Shown here piece after piece: positions 33,978 through 45,194 of a stretch of 64,000 bases of DNA. Below the pieces are notes generated by a model. That model did not search any database. It saw only the letters and a program-made list of their open reading frames with translations, and was not told the origin of the DNA. Source of the stretch: Schizochytrium sp. TIO01 (taxonomy: Eukaryota; Protista; Bigyra: Labyrinthulomycetes); NCBI GenBank assembly GCA_004764695.1, contig SMSO01000025.1, forward strand, positions 682,001 through 746,000. Reading direction: 5' to 3'. Within the stretch, counting starts at the first letter, position 1. Every line of letters starts with the position of its first letter. Both the position numbers and the translations under genes were made by a program.

Positions 33978-36900
33978 CTAAGAAGATTGGGTACCAGCAG
34001 CCTCGTCAAGGTACTGCTTGAAGCCCTCAGAAGCCTTGATCCGCTCGAGGAACTGGCCGTTGGCGTTGGTGTTCTCGATAATCTGCTCAATCTTGCGCGA
34101 AATTTGAGGAATAAGCTCGTAGCTTTCCTTGCTCCTGAAAAAGCTCTCAATCTCCTTGGCGCGCTCAGCACTGGCGAAAGAGCCACAAGAGTTCATCACA
34201 GTGGAGGCCAACAAAGTAGGAGAAGCAGTGCGAATCATGTCGTAGATACGGTCGAAATTCTCCTGGAAATACTCCCAGGAGAGCTCTTGACCCTCACGAG
34301 AGCTGGAAGACACAGAGCCAATAGCATAGAAGAAGTCCTGCTTCTTGACAGCACCGGACGTGCACCAGTCCAAAGTACGTGTCTTCAGCTCCATAGTCTT
34401 GGCGTAGCCAAGACCAAGCATGATTTCCTTCTTGGCCTGGTCCGTGTCAGCAAGATCAATAAGCTCTAGGCACTTGTTGTAATAGTCCGGCTCCTCAGAT
34501 GAGGCGAGAACAATCTTAACCAGAGCAGTCTTGATATCAGAAGGCATAGCATCCTGGTTACCTTGAGGGTCCGCAGCATAACGCTCGAAACGCTCAATAG
34601 CTTGCTGCTGAAGACCAGGGTCGTCACTCATAAAGTGTGCCTGAAGACGGATGATCGAAGCACGAAGAAGACGTGTCAGATGACCATCATCTGGCTGAGC
34701 ATCCCAGCCAACTTCAGAAGCGGGCTTCTCAATGATTTTTACAACAAGAGAGCGGAATTCACTTTCAAGCTCAGGAGCAAACTGAAGGAGCTTGTGCAGA
34801 CCTGTCATGGTGTCTTCCATAGCAGAAAAGACAGGGCTTGAAGTCTCGTGCTCAAAGGCTCCAATGAGCTTTACAAGGGCTGCTGGGTCAACCATTCCAG
34901 CCTTGCAGAGAGCGTAGGCATCAAGGAGCATACCAGCGCGGTCGGTGGCTGGCATTTGAAGAGCACGAATCGCACTTTCAAACTGCTCAGTGGTCTCATC
35001 CTCAACCGGAGCATAGTTAACACGCATAGGCACAAGGTGGTCTGCGTTGAGCTTGATCCACGTGCGCTTACCCTGAGGCATCTTCACAGTGAACGACTGT
35101 ACACGCTTGTTCATAATACCGAGCGTTAGCAAGCCCTCAGGGTCGTCACCGGTGCGAACGAAAATGGGAATTTGCCAAAGCTTGCTCTTCATGTCCTTCT
35201 GCTTCGAGCCATCAGAAATGAACCAGCATTGCTCAAGTTCGAGGGTGCACTCAGACTCATCTGGGGACCAGTTCATGCTGCGAACAGTCACGACAGGGAA
35301 ACCCATCTGCTTTGTCCACGAGGACATCACCTGAGAGACAGGCTTACCGGAAGCTTCCTCCCATGCCTTCCACAAATCGCCGGTCTCGGTGTTGGTGTAC
35401 TTGTGACGCTCCATGTAGATTTGAAGGCCCTTTTCATAAGCCTCCTGACCAAGGTAGGCGTTGGCCATACGCACCACGGTAGAACCCTTAAGATAGCTAA
35501 TGGCATCAAAGTTCTGCAGACTAGCTTCAGCCTCAAGCACGTCTACCTGAATCGGATGAGAGCTGAGCAGGGCATCGAGACGCAGACCACCCTGGAGTTC
35601 AGAGAACACAAATTGCTCCCAAATACTCCATTCCGGATACATCACAGACATCGCATAGGCCTGGGTGTACGAGGCAAAAGCTTCGTTGAGCCAAATTCCA
35701 TCCCACCAAGCCATGGTGACAAGATTACCAAACCACTGATGAGCAAGCTCGTGGCAAACAACAGTAGCGACACGCTGCTTTTGCTGGCTCGAAGCATGCT
35801 TGGAGTCTACCAAAAGATCGACTTCACGGTAGGTAACAAGACCCCAGTTCTCCATAGCACCCATGGCAAATTCAGGAATGGCAACCATGTCAAGCTTGGG
35901 GAGAGGGTAGGCCTCCTTGAAGGTCTGGTCGTACATATCAAGAGCCTGGATAGCGACATCAAGAGCAAAGTGACCCATCTCCTTCTTACCAGGGGGGGTA
36001 TAGGCACGGATGGGCACACCATTTCCAGAGACACCCTCAACATAGTCAAAGTCGCCTACACAGAACGCCAAGAGGTATGTGCTCATGCGAGGGGTCTTCT
36101 CAAAAACGAACTTGCGGCGCTTGCCATCATCGAGCAGAGTGTTGGACTCTACCGGCATGTTGCTCAGTGCGGTAAGACCGTCGTCAACAATCAATGTAGC
36201 TTTGAAGATCGCCTTGCGCGCCGGTTCATCAAAGCAAGGGAAGCATCGGCGAGCATCGAGCGGCTCGAATTGGGTGGAAATCATCACGGCAGGGTTGCCC
36301 TCACGGTCTGTGTAGCCACTGCGATAAAATCCAGCCATTTGATCGTTGTGTTGTCCGACAAACTCAATCTCGATTTTACCTTCTCCCATAGGGAGGGCAT
36401 TTTCAAACTCAATGGTTACGGTTGTTGCCTTGATGTCGTAGCGGACTTCCTTGGTCTTGACCTCTTGGCCAGACTCCTTAGCTTTGAAAGAGCTTTCAGT
36501 GATTTGAAGCTCCTTTGAATGCAACGTGAGAGACTTGACGCCCTTCTTGCGGACGTCAACATCCATACAAACGGTGCCATCGTAGCGGTAGTTACCAGTG
36601 ATGTTGGTAGAGATAGTCAAGTCATACTCCGAAACCTCGATATCGGTAGAGAGCACAACGCTGCGTTTCTCAAATAGTTGCATGGAGATCCAGATTAAGT
36701 TGTATCACATCCAATACCCATTCAAACGAAACTTCTAGGTTAGTCATTCTGTTGCTTGGCTATCATATCATCATATCATGGCATTCCTAGAGTACATATT
36801 TAGCTTGCTTCTTCAAAGCTGTTTGTCATCATTGAGAAGACTAGCACGCAGGCGTTTAGCAGTGGAAAACAACAACACAATTGTGCATAGTTGCTGACGG

Positions 36901-37066
36901 AGAAAGTGCCAGTGACAGCTCTGATGACGGGCAGGAGGAAGATACAAAAGTATAGAGTCTAATCCAATGCCCGAGCACTTTTCAGATATGCTCAGCCCTC
37001 CCCACAATATCAATCAACGTACCGCTCACCACCCTTCTTCTTGCCGGTGGAGTGTTCTGCGCCCAT
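33978..37066 (-). CDS. M1-family zinc aminopeptidase (puromycin-sensitive/APN-like); exon 1 37066..37023, exon 2 36660..33978
   Basis: GAMENWG, HELAH-x18-E (HELAHQWFGN...WLNE), AISYLKG Tyr, ERAP1-like C-terminus. The upstream 44-nt exon with CG|GTACGT donor and ACGCAG|C acceptor joins in frame (MGAEHSTGKKKGGERVVLSTDIEV). Confidence 0.93.
36661..37022 (-). other. Spliceosomal intron (362 nt, phase 2) of the aminopeptidase gene
   Basis: GTACGT...ACGCAG; frame-preserving junction. Confidence 0.75.
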
Positions 37067-39048
37067 TTTCGATGCTCTTTCTTAAGAAGTATTGCTCGAC
37101 CTGCGCCGGGTTAAGGTTTTGCTGAAGGTCGGTCCCTTGCTTCTTCAAAGATAGTTAAATTTCAGTGAGCTCCGTGGGAATACAAGGTAGTGTTGCTGTT
37201 TCGGAAGAGCAGAGTGCCTCTCAACAGTAGGATTCTTTCTGCCTTGTGAGAGAGAACTTGAAGTTCTCGCTCAACTTCTGATTGGGTTCTGTCTGAGTAT
37301 CACTACTCTCCAGAAGGTTTCAAGCCGCACTAGGTAAAAGGTACCTAGGTGGTGTTAATTGTTATAATTTTTCAAGATCACCGCGACTTGCCGTTTTGAG
37401 CCGGGGCCTGCCTGCTATCTAGAGATCCTGTTTCGTAGACGAGGTTGTATCCCTCTCTTACGAGAAGTCAACGCCACCACCAATCTGGCTTAAATATATT
37501 TTCACCCGCTCGAGACAAGAGCTCTCTAAAAAATATCCTGGTGCAGTCGGTCAGAAACCAGCGAAACGAGCTCTTGCTATAACTTTGTTTACCGGTTTCC
37601 TTCAGGTTTCTTATATCGTCATCAAAGAGGAACGATTGATCAATCTTCTTTCTTGTTCCCCAGGGTCTTCTAGGTAGGTGACCTACTACCGATCTGGGAT
37701 TACGGAAGATAAAGGATATTCTACAACATTGCAAGTCACAATATTCCGAGCTGCTAGGCCTATGTTTTAATTAATTTAATAAAAAACAGAGATCAGAGAA
37801 CTCGACGAGACTGTGCGTCAAAACGATGATAGCTTGCGGCTAGTCTTTTGTTTGCGTCCAGACAAAGCTCCCTGTCGTGAGTCTGAGTGGCGACAAAGAT
37901 ATTCAAGATCAATTTCGCAATTTTTTTTGTATTCTTTTAAGTAGGTAGTAGCGCGCACGGCACGCGGCGAGGTAGAGGCAAATTTGACACCACAAAATTT
38001 GATGAAGGTCTTAGTATTAGTATTACTCATGTTGGCATGGCAGTGGCAATCAAGGTGAAGTGATTCGCAACTCTTGACCACATGTTGGCGGCTCTCGCCA
38101 GTGGAACGCCAAGCAAAAGTCCAGTGTTAACTTTTTTTGGTTTCCACCAAGGTACAGGAATTATTTTCAATTCTGGAATGCTATAGTAGTGTCTTCTCTG
38201 CGCATGCCATTGAAGTCCTTCTGAACCGAAGACTATTGCACAAAATTTCAAGGTCTAGTAGGTGGCTATCAAATCCCTCTTGAAGCTACCCTGGGCAAGC
38301 CTAGCGAGTTTAGGTTTGATGCTCTCAAGGAGGGAAACAAATACATCGTACGTGAAGATGATATTGCTAGGATGCCTTTGTCTTCATCTGCAGCAAATCA
38401 CTAAATTTTACCATCCTAGTATGTAGATATTATTGACATATGCAAAACGCTAGCAATTGACCAATGGTAAAAGGCATGGAGGTATCGCATTACGTAAGGG
38501 CGGAAAAGATGAGATTTGCGAGAGCAAAGTCACCCGCATATAAACAATGTTGATCTTGCAGCCACTAGGTAAGTAAAATCGAGCACGAGTTAGGTGTGTT
38601 GACTTGACAAGTTTATGAATGAAATGAACACGTGCTCGCGCGCACCGCGTTGTTAAGGTCACAATATTGTGGCAGGCAATGTCGATTGAGCTTCAGCCAC
38701 CATCTTTTCTTGTGGCATACGAGTGGGTCCGAAAAATCTGAAGGTGGTCTTCTCAGTATATGTGAAGATCATAGGAATGGTAAGATGTATGCCTGACGCG
38801 GAATACTCCAAATTAGAAGCCTGACTTGTACAAACATGAATAAGGATAAGTTAAAGCTGTGCACAGATTATAAGGAATGTAAGTTGATTGTGGTAGTCTA
38901 TCTATACGCGCAGTCTCGGAGAAAAAGTCTCCACTATATATGCAGAAAGCGTACACGGCCCAAAATACTAAGTTTGGAGTGAACACTTTCACACAGCTTA
39001 GATAACGCTAATCGATCGGGCTCGTCAAATAATGGCGGGATCATTTTA

Positions 39049-39373
39049 AAATGAAGCAAACAACCAAATATTGATCATTTTTATGAAGGTTTATAGTATA
39101 CTATCATGTAATAAGCCTGGAGAACACGATTGTCCTTGTATAGGCGGATTTTCGAGAAAATAGAGCTCCTTAATGCGCTGCACCAGATTATCATCAGCAT
39201 TCAAATGTTTGAAATGAAGCAAACAACCAAATATTGATCATTTTATGAAGGTTTATAGTATACTATCATGTAATAAGCCTGGAGAACCCGATTGCCCTTG
39301 TATAGGCGGATTTCTGAGAAAATAGAGCTTCTTAATGCGCTGCACCAAATTATCATCAGCATCCAAATGCTTG
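39049..39373. repeat. ~163-bp tandem duplication, 2 highly similar copies
   Basis: AAATGAAGCAAACAACCAAATATTGATCA...TTATCATCAGCAT.CAAATG.TTG at 39049-39211 and 39212-39373. Confidence 0.92.
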
Positions 39374-40830
39374 GATATGCCGTGGAAGTGTTCGCGAGCC
39401 CTTGTTAGGAAATTCTTTGAGGTCTACACTATTTTTTCAATTCGCGGACGATGTACGTTCTTAGGGGCTTTGTCTCAGAGACTTTGTAATCTATAGAGTA
39501 ACACGAATAGGATCCTGCAATGAATCATACAGCCACTGGCCTGAAGTGCGCCTTCAGTTTAAAATTTAAGATAAAGAAAGTTTAGTAACACGTATGGAAG
39601 CCTAATAACTGAAAGAAGGTTTTATGAAGAGCGAAATATTGGTTAAGTAGAGATAGGTATTGAGGGATAAGTACCTAGGGTATTGTTGAGACTCGGAACT
39701 TTGAACCCGCGATAAGCTAGAAATATGAATCCTTATTTCTCAGGTGTATTATCTTGAAGCCAAAAAAGCTTCAGATCCAGGTGGCAAAGAATAGGTAACC
39801 ATCCAACATTATGGCATGGACTCTTTTGGAGGAGAAAGGGACAGCTTTCGTCCTTGGAGAGGTTACGTAGATTCTGGGCAACACGTACATAGGAGATTGT
39901 CGTCCGGGAACGTAATTTCATACAAGAACATCGAAGCAGAGTCACTGGTGTCAATATCCTGTTGGGCATCAGACGAAGCATTTTGATGGGCTTTCTTTGT
40001 TCTGTGAGTACTGGGTAATGCGTAACTTCGATATTAGGGACTGTCCAAAAAGTTTGGTCTGGACAGTCGGGAAAAGTTCAAGGTCGTGAAGAAAGTCCAT
40101 GAGGGTTTTGTTAGGGACCGCAATGTATCGACTACAGAACAAATGGTCTATGATATAAAGTTGGAGCTGATCCTTGGTCTCTGCTGAGTCGAGGGTGACG
40201 ACGAAACGAGTTTTTTGTTTGTACATATTCGATTCACCGCAACTGCAGTGCTTTTGTTTTATCGAATGTCCTGGAGAAGATCCAGTTTGAACGGATAGCC
40301 ATCCATGGTGTGTAATCTTTGCGCAGCGCCCGTGCTGTTACTTAGATGTTATGCTGTAGCCGAAACGAAATAGAAATAAGTTTCTCAACGTAAGAAGGCT
40401 GTGAGTTGAGTTTCGCTAGAAAACACAGTTTTGCTTCCAAACTATCTCGACTTTGCCTACCCAAAAATTCGCCTATCTTGTTTTTCTGTACCAGAGTCAG
40501 CAGATGCTTCCCATGATAAACTATGGTAGACAAGAACAAGCTTTATCACATTCGATTGCTAGAGCGTTTAACACTCGAGTATATGGCTAAAAAAGAGAAG
40601 TATGTTTGACACCTTCAATTTATAGTTGAGAACTCAAACAGTAGGTAGCAAAACATCTACAATGACAATTAAACTCTGTAAGCTAGCTAAATCTTAAATG
40701 TTTCCCAGCATTGTATTGCATTGCAGCGCAAGCAATTTGTTTAATTAATTTACCTTCTTCTTATTGTATATCTCAACACATTAATTTATTAACATATGAC
40801 TTTATGTCTGACAAACCTTTGATTCATTTT

Positions 40831-42090
40831 TTAGTAATCATATAATTTGGATTCCAAATCAGCTTCTATCATGCTAGCCTCTAAAAAGTCCAAGGATTTC
40901 CGTTGCATATAAGAGGATTGGCCCATCGCCCCTTCACGAAAAGAAATGTGGGATCCTCGCTTAGTAACGATCAAAGCGTAATTCTCCAAGGATGCCAGAG
41001 GGTCGTACTTTATATTCTGAGACAGGCATATTGGGTCGTCTTCCGCATTGAGAATCAAGCATGGGATCTTGTTGTTGTGGCAAATCGGCACAGGATCGGT
41101 GTGAGCTAGGAAGTCTTCGATGTTATCAAATCCTGCTAGAGCGTGGGCCGCCTCGACAAACTCAAGGGCTGTGGATGCCTTTAGCGCACGGTCGAAGCCG
41201 ACAACATCCTTCAGGAGCGAGTAGTTTGGTAGGAGAAAGAAAAGTTTAATACTGGTCAGCAACAATTTTTCCATGATTGGGTTGTACATCCTCAAGTTTG
41301 TTGTGCATTCTCGCGCGCGATATGGAGGACACGCAGAAACAGCAGCTTGCACGGGCCCATGGCCTGGCTGGCGAGAAATGTAAGTGAGAATTTGTTCAGA
41401 GCCCGCACTTAGTCCAATGGCACCAATGAAACGTGCTTCGGGCCAGGCTTCAGCAACGTGGTCAACCATTAGCTTGGTGTCGTCAGTACACCCAAGATAA
41501 TTGAATTTTGGGTTCTTCAAGACTGATCCGAGGTGCCCCCTCCGCAAAAGTAAGAATGGTCGCCAACCACGACTAAGAGCATATCTCATAAACTCTGTGG
41601 TATCGTAGCGACCACCTGTAATCGTATGCAAGAAAAGGACAATGGGTGCATTGTCCGGAAGTTCTTGTCCGGCAGGCTCAAGGAGCCGGTCGATTGCCAC
41701 TTCACCTCCGTCTACGCATTTCAGAGTGGTTCGCTCAAAGGCATTCCGTAGCAAGTGTGTAGCTTGCCAGAATCCCAAGAGTCCCAGCTGAAGGTATGCA
41801 CTTTGTGCCCACCATGTCGGTTCAAAACATTCCACATTCATGCGCTCGATAATGCGATGCATGCGCTTATCCTTTGCATGCATAAATATCTGGGTGCCTT
41901 CTTCTAGCGTCAATGTAACACCATTAGAAGCATCTGAGTTTCCTTCGTCTGGCCCTTCTGATGTTTTGGCTTCAGACCCTAATTGTCCTTGCTCTCCTTT
42001 GATCTTCACCTCTTTCTCAATGTACAATGCTACACGTTGAGACTTTTCCAGGCGATGGTCTTGACTCCATACGAGATTGTGGACAACCAT
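40831..42090 (-). CDS. Alpha/beta hydrolase, ABHD1/3 - YheT - Eht1-type esterase/lipase, 419 aa
   Basis: DGGEVAID, PIVLFLHTITGG, nucleophile elbow GLSAG, acid LILNAEDDPI, His TKRGSHISFREG. Confidence 0.88.
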   Translation of the reverse strand: MVVHNLVWSQDHRLEKSQRVALYIEKEVKIKGEQGQLGSEAKTSEGPDEGNSDASNGVTLTLEEGTQIFMHAKDKRMHRIIERMNVECFEPTWWAQSAYLQLGLLGFWQATHLLRNAFERTTLKCVDGGEVAIDRLLEPAGQELPDNAPIVLFLHTITGGRYDTTEFMRYALSRGWRPFLLLRRGHLGSVLKNPKFNYLGCTDDTKLMVDHVAEAWPEARFIGAIGLSAGSEQILTYISRQPGHGPVQAAVSACPPYRARECTTNLRMYNPIMEKLLLTSIKLFFLLPNYSLLKDVVGFDRALKASTALEFVEAAHALAGFDNIEDFLAHTDPVPICHNNKIPCLILNAEDDPICLSQNIKYDPLASLENYALIVTKRGSHISFREGAMGQSSYMQRKSLDFLEASMIEADLESKLYDY

Positions 42091-43125
42091 GATGGTTTGA
42101 AAGTGGTATTGAAACTAGTATCTTAGACTTTGTTTGTAGTTAAGCAACCTATGCGTGGTGTTGAGCGCTTGTTGAACCTGTTCAATGAGGTTTTGGTTTT
42201 GATTTGCTTTTTGAATTAGCTTTTGGATTTTCGCGTGAAAATGCTGCTCTCTAAGAATATTATTCTACCCATTATACTACGAAGGAGCATCGCCACAATC
42301 AAAAGTCCCAAGTAAAGCAGCTTTGTGAATAATGTTAAAAAATTCCTAGTTCGAAGGACGAACCAGAGGTCTTTCAGACTTGCGAGTTGTCTCGAAATCT
42401 TCGACTTTGATTCTAGCGTTGATCAAAGCTGCACCACTGTAACTGACGTCAAGCGGTGCGCGCAGGTTTATCCAATAACAAAGTTAATCGATCGATGACC
42501 TCGCAAATCTCCTTGATCAAAGTCGACCAAATTCCTTTCTTCTATGATTATTTCAGTACTGCAACTTTCAAAGTTCCAGCAGGACTCTTAACATGCTCTA
42601 CAGTAGACTAGAGTCCTGGCGATTGGAATATGATCAACGCATCGATAACCACAAATTCCTATTCAGGCCTGGCGGAGGCCATATATCCGTCCTCTCATGA
42701 TAACGCCACTAACTCACGTTCACACATATGAATTAACTATGAATGTGCTGGGCCTGCGAGGACCCCTTAGGACCTCATAAATACTGGTACTGGTCATATC
42801 TAACTTTTAATTAAAAACCAATCACTCTTGACAAAAACTTCTCGGCTCGTTGCGAGCTACTCAAAAACGAAGCACGGTAGGAAGAACCTTGCTCGACCTG
42901 CGAAATCAAGTGTGTCAGTGGGCATAGAGCCAATACACAGGCTCTCTAAGTTTTGTAGGTAGTTAAAGGAATTATTTGAAGAGATCATTTAGATATTGTG
43001 TTACTATGAGAATAGAAGTAGCCAGCCCTACAATAACGTTAGCACATTGACCAGCCACAGCGAAGGTGGTACGCGAGTAATGAGTACCCCCATGAGAAGA
43101 GGGCAACGACAATTCTGTAGTAAGA

Positions 43126-43384
43126 AATAGTACCTCAAATTGAACAAAGGAACCACTTCATTGCTACAGCTTATATTGCGAACATAAAGCTTGTAGTTCA
43201 AGACAGTTATTGAATTCGAGCAAGCGAAGAAGGGCTTGAGCAAAAGCAATCTGGTAGTGATGAATAGTACCTGAAATTGATCAAAGGGGCCGCTTCATTG
43301 CTACAGCTTATGCTGCGAACATAAAGCTTGTAGTTCGAGACAGTTGTTGGATTTGCCTCTGGGCTTTGCAAGCGAAGGGCTTGA
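43126..43384. repeat. Diverged direct repeat (~115-120 bp x2)
   Basis: AATAGTACCT.AAATTGA.CAAAGG...CTTCATTGCTACAGCTTAT..TGCGAACATAAAGCTTGTAGTTC.AGACAGTT...GAAGGGCTTGA occurs twice. Confidence 0.85.
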
Positions 43385-45194
43385 AGCTGGCTAAGTTTAC
43401 GGAAATTTGAAAGGTTGATGACTTTTTGCTAACAGTTCGTCAAATTCAGAATTGCATGATCAACACATTTTTAGTAAAAATTTAAAAGTAAAAAAAGGAG
43501 GAGTTCATGTTATGTTACTTGCGCAATAAATGTGTTATTGAAATATTATTGAATTTGAATCGCTTTGGCCCATTGTTAAAAAAAAAAAAACGTCTGCTTC
43601 ATCCTGCCTAGGTACTAGTCATTTTCATTTTTTATTTTATTTTTTTTTGGGGGGGGGGCAAGTCAAATCAAAATGCCAATTGTTCACTTCTTAAAAATTT
43701 AATGGCACCGTATAAGCACTGGCTTGTCTACGCAATTCTCGTGTAAATTTACTAAGCCTGAGCATAGACTCTAGCTAGACTCTGTTCAACTAGTTCTCCA
43801 ATTGCAGGCTAAAAGGTTGAATGTCCTTAAATTGTAGATTGACCGAGAATTGAAGTAAGAGTGAAGTCTTGCTAGTCATTCTTCTGGTACAACAAGAAAG
43901 CCTAAATATCATTCACTATGTTTTGAAAAGGCCAAAATTACTTTCAAAAACATGATTCGACTAAGCTCTGTAGTGCTTTCCGTATCCCGGTGTCGTTCGG
44001 TCTAGTTAGATGTCGTCAGTCGAGTCCAGTCAAGGCATGGCCAAAGCCGATAAAGTCATCTTTGAGGTTTATCCGTGGCAGTGCATTTCTATACACAGCT
44101 AGCTAGATTCAAAGGGAGTTTACCTGACTGCGTAAGGTCTTAAGTTTGGCTACAACGTGTAGGGGTATAGCACAAGCTTTGAGTGGACCGGGGGGGATGA
44201 GGGTCAAATAGATAAGTTTAGGCCTTTACCACGCTTTGAAGTTACTATTATAGCAAAACCGAAACCAACCCTGAAGATGTACCGTTTTCTTATTTCCTTG
44301 GACCTCGTCTGTTACCCTTGCTCCCTGCCAAGACGCTCTCAACACTGATAGTGGAGTGGCGCTCTCAAAAAAAATTCTGAGCTTTGCAACAATTCAAGCA
44401 GCAGTTTTGCACGCAAGCGCTCTACCTCCCTCCCACCATCTCTGCTGCAGACGCATAGCGAATTCTGGCCAAACGTATGTTCATTCCTCAACCGCGGGCA
44501 GCTATCGTTATCATAAACTGTGATGCGCTTTCCACATTTTAAGATCAGGAGAAGAGCTACTAAGTAGGTAAGTAGGTAGGTACTAGGTAAACTAACCCTT
44601 CTCTGTCTTACTGTATTTAATAGCTAGCGCTGGCTCATTTATTATGCAAGAGTAGAAAAGCGCAACCATCAAGCTAGCAAATCAGAAAGTTGGCGCCGCG
44701 ATAAGCCCGGGAGGCCTCTGCGCCGCGCGGGATCCCTTCGCCGTGCTTGAGACCATCTGGATCACCTCTTGAGGGACCGCAAGCACTGCGCGGCGCAGGT
44801 TCCATCGGTTGCCACTGAGTGCGCTTCTCAACACTATCGGGCACTGTTTTCGCAAGGAACGCGAGACTATAACATTCCTGGAGATCGCAGATACAAAGAG
44901 GCAGGGCGCGGTCTTGTGGGAGAAACCATAGCGTGCGATTTCTGAATCGCTAGCTCCGATATAGTGTAATTGGTTTCCTAGAAGTTTTGCCCTTGTAATT
45001 TTCTGAGAACTTCACTCTCCAAAGGAGCTCTGGCATTGAAACTGCTCTAAGGCTTCTTCTCTTCGCTCGATTTTCTGTGCTCTATTCTGCTTAGTCCAAC
45101 ATTGAGCTGTTATACGTGCATTTAGGCTGTTTGTAACGTGCACAACTTGCTTTGAAGGATTCTTGGCTTGCAAGAGCGTGTGACTTCTGCCTCG

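Noticed and set aside
33987-36518. Long plus-strand ORFs (160, 448 aa etc.) opposite the aminopeptidase
   Set aside because: Antisense shadows of a codon-biased gene.
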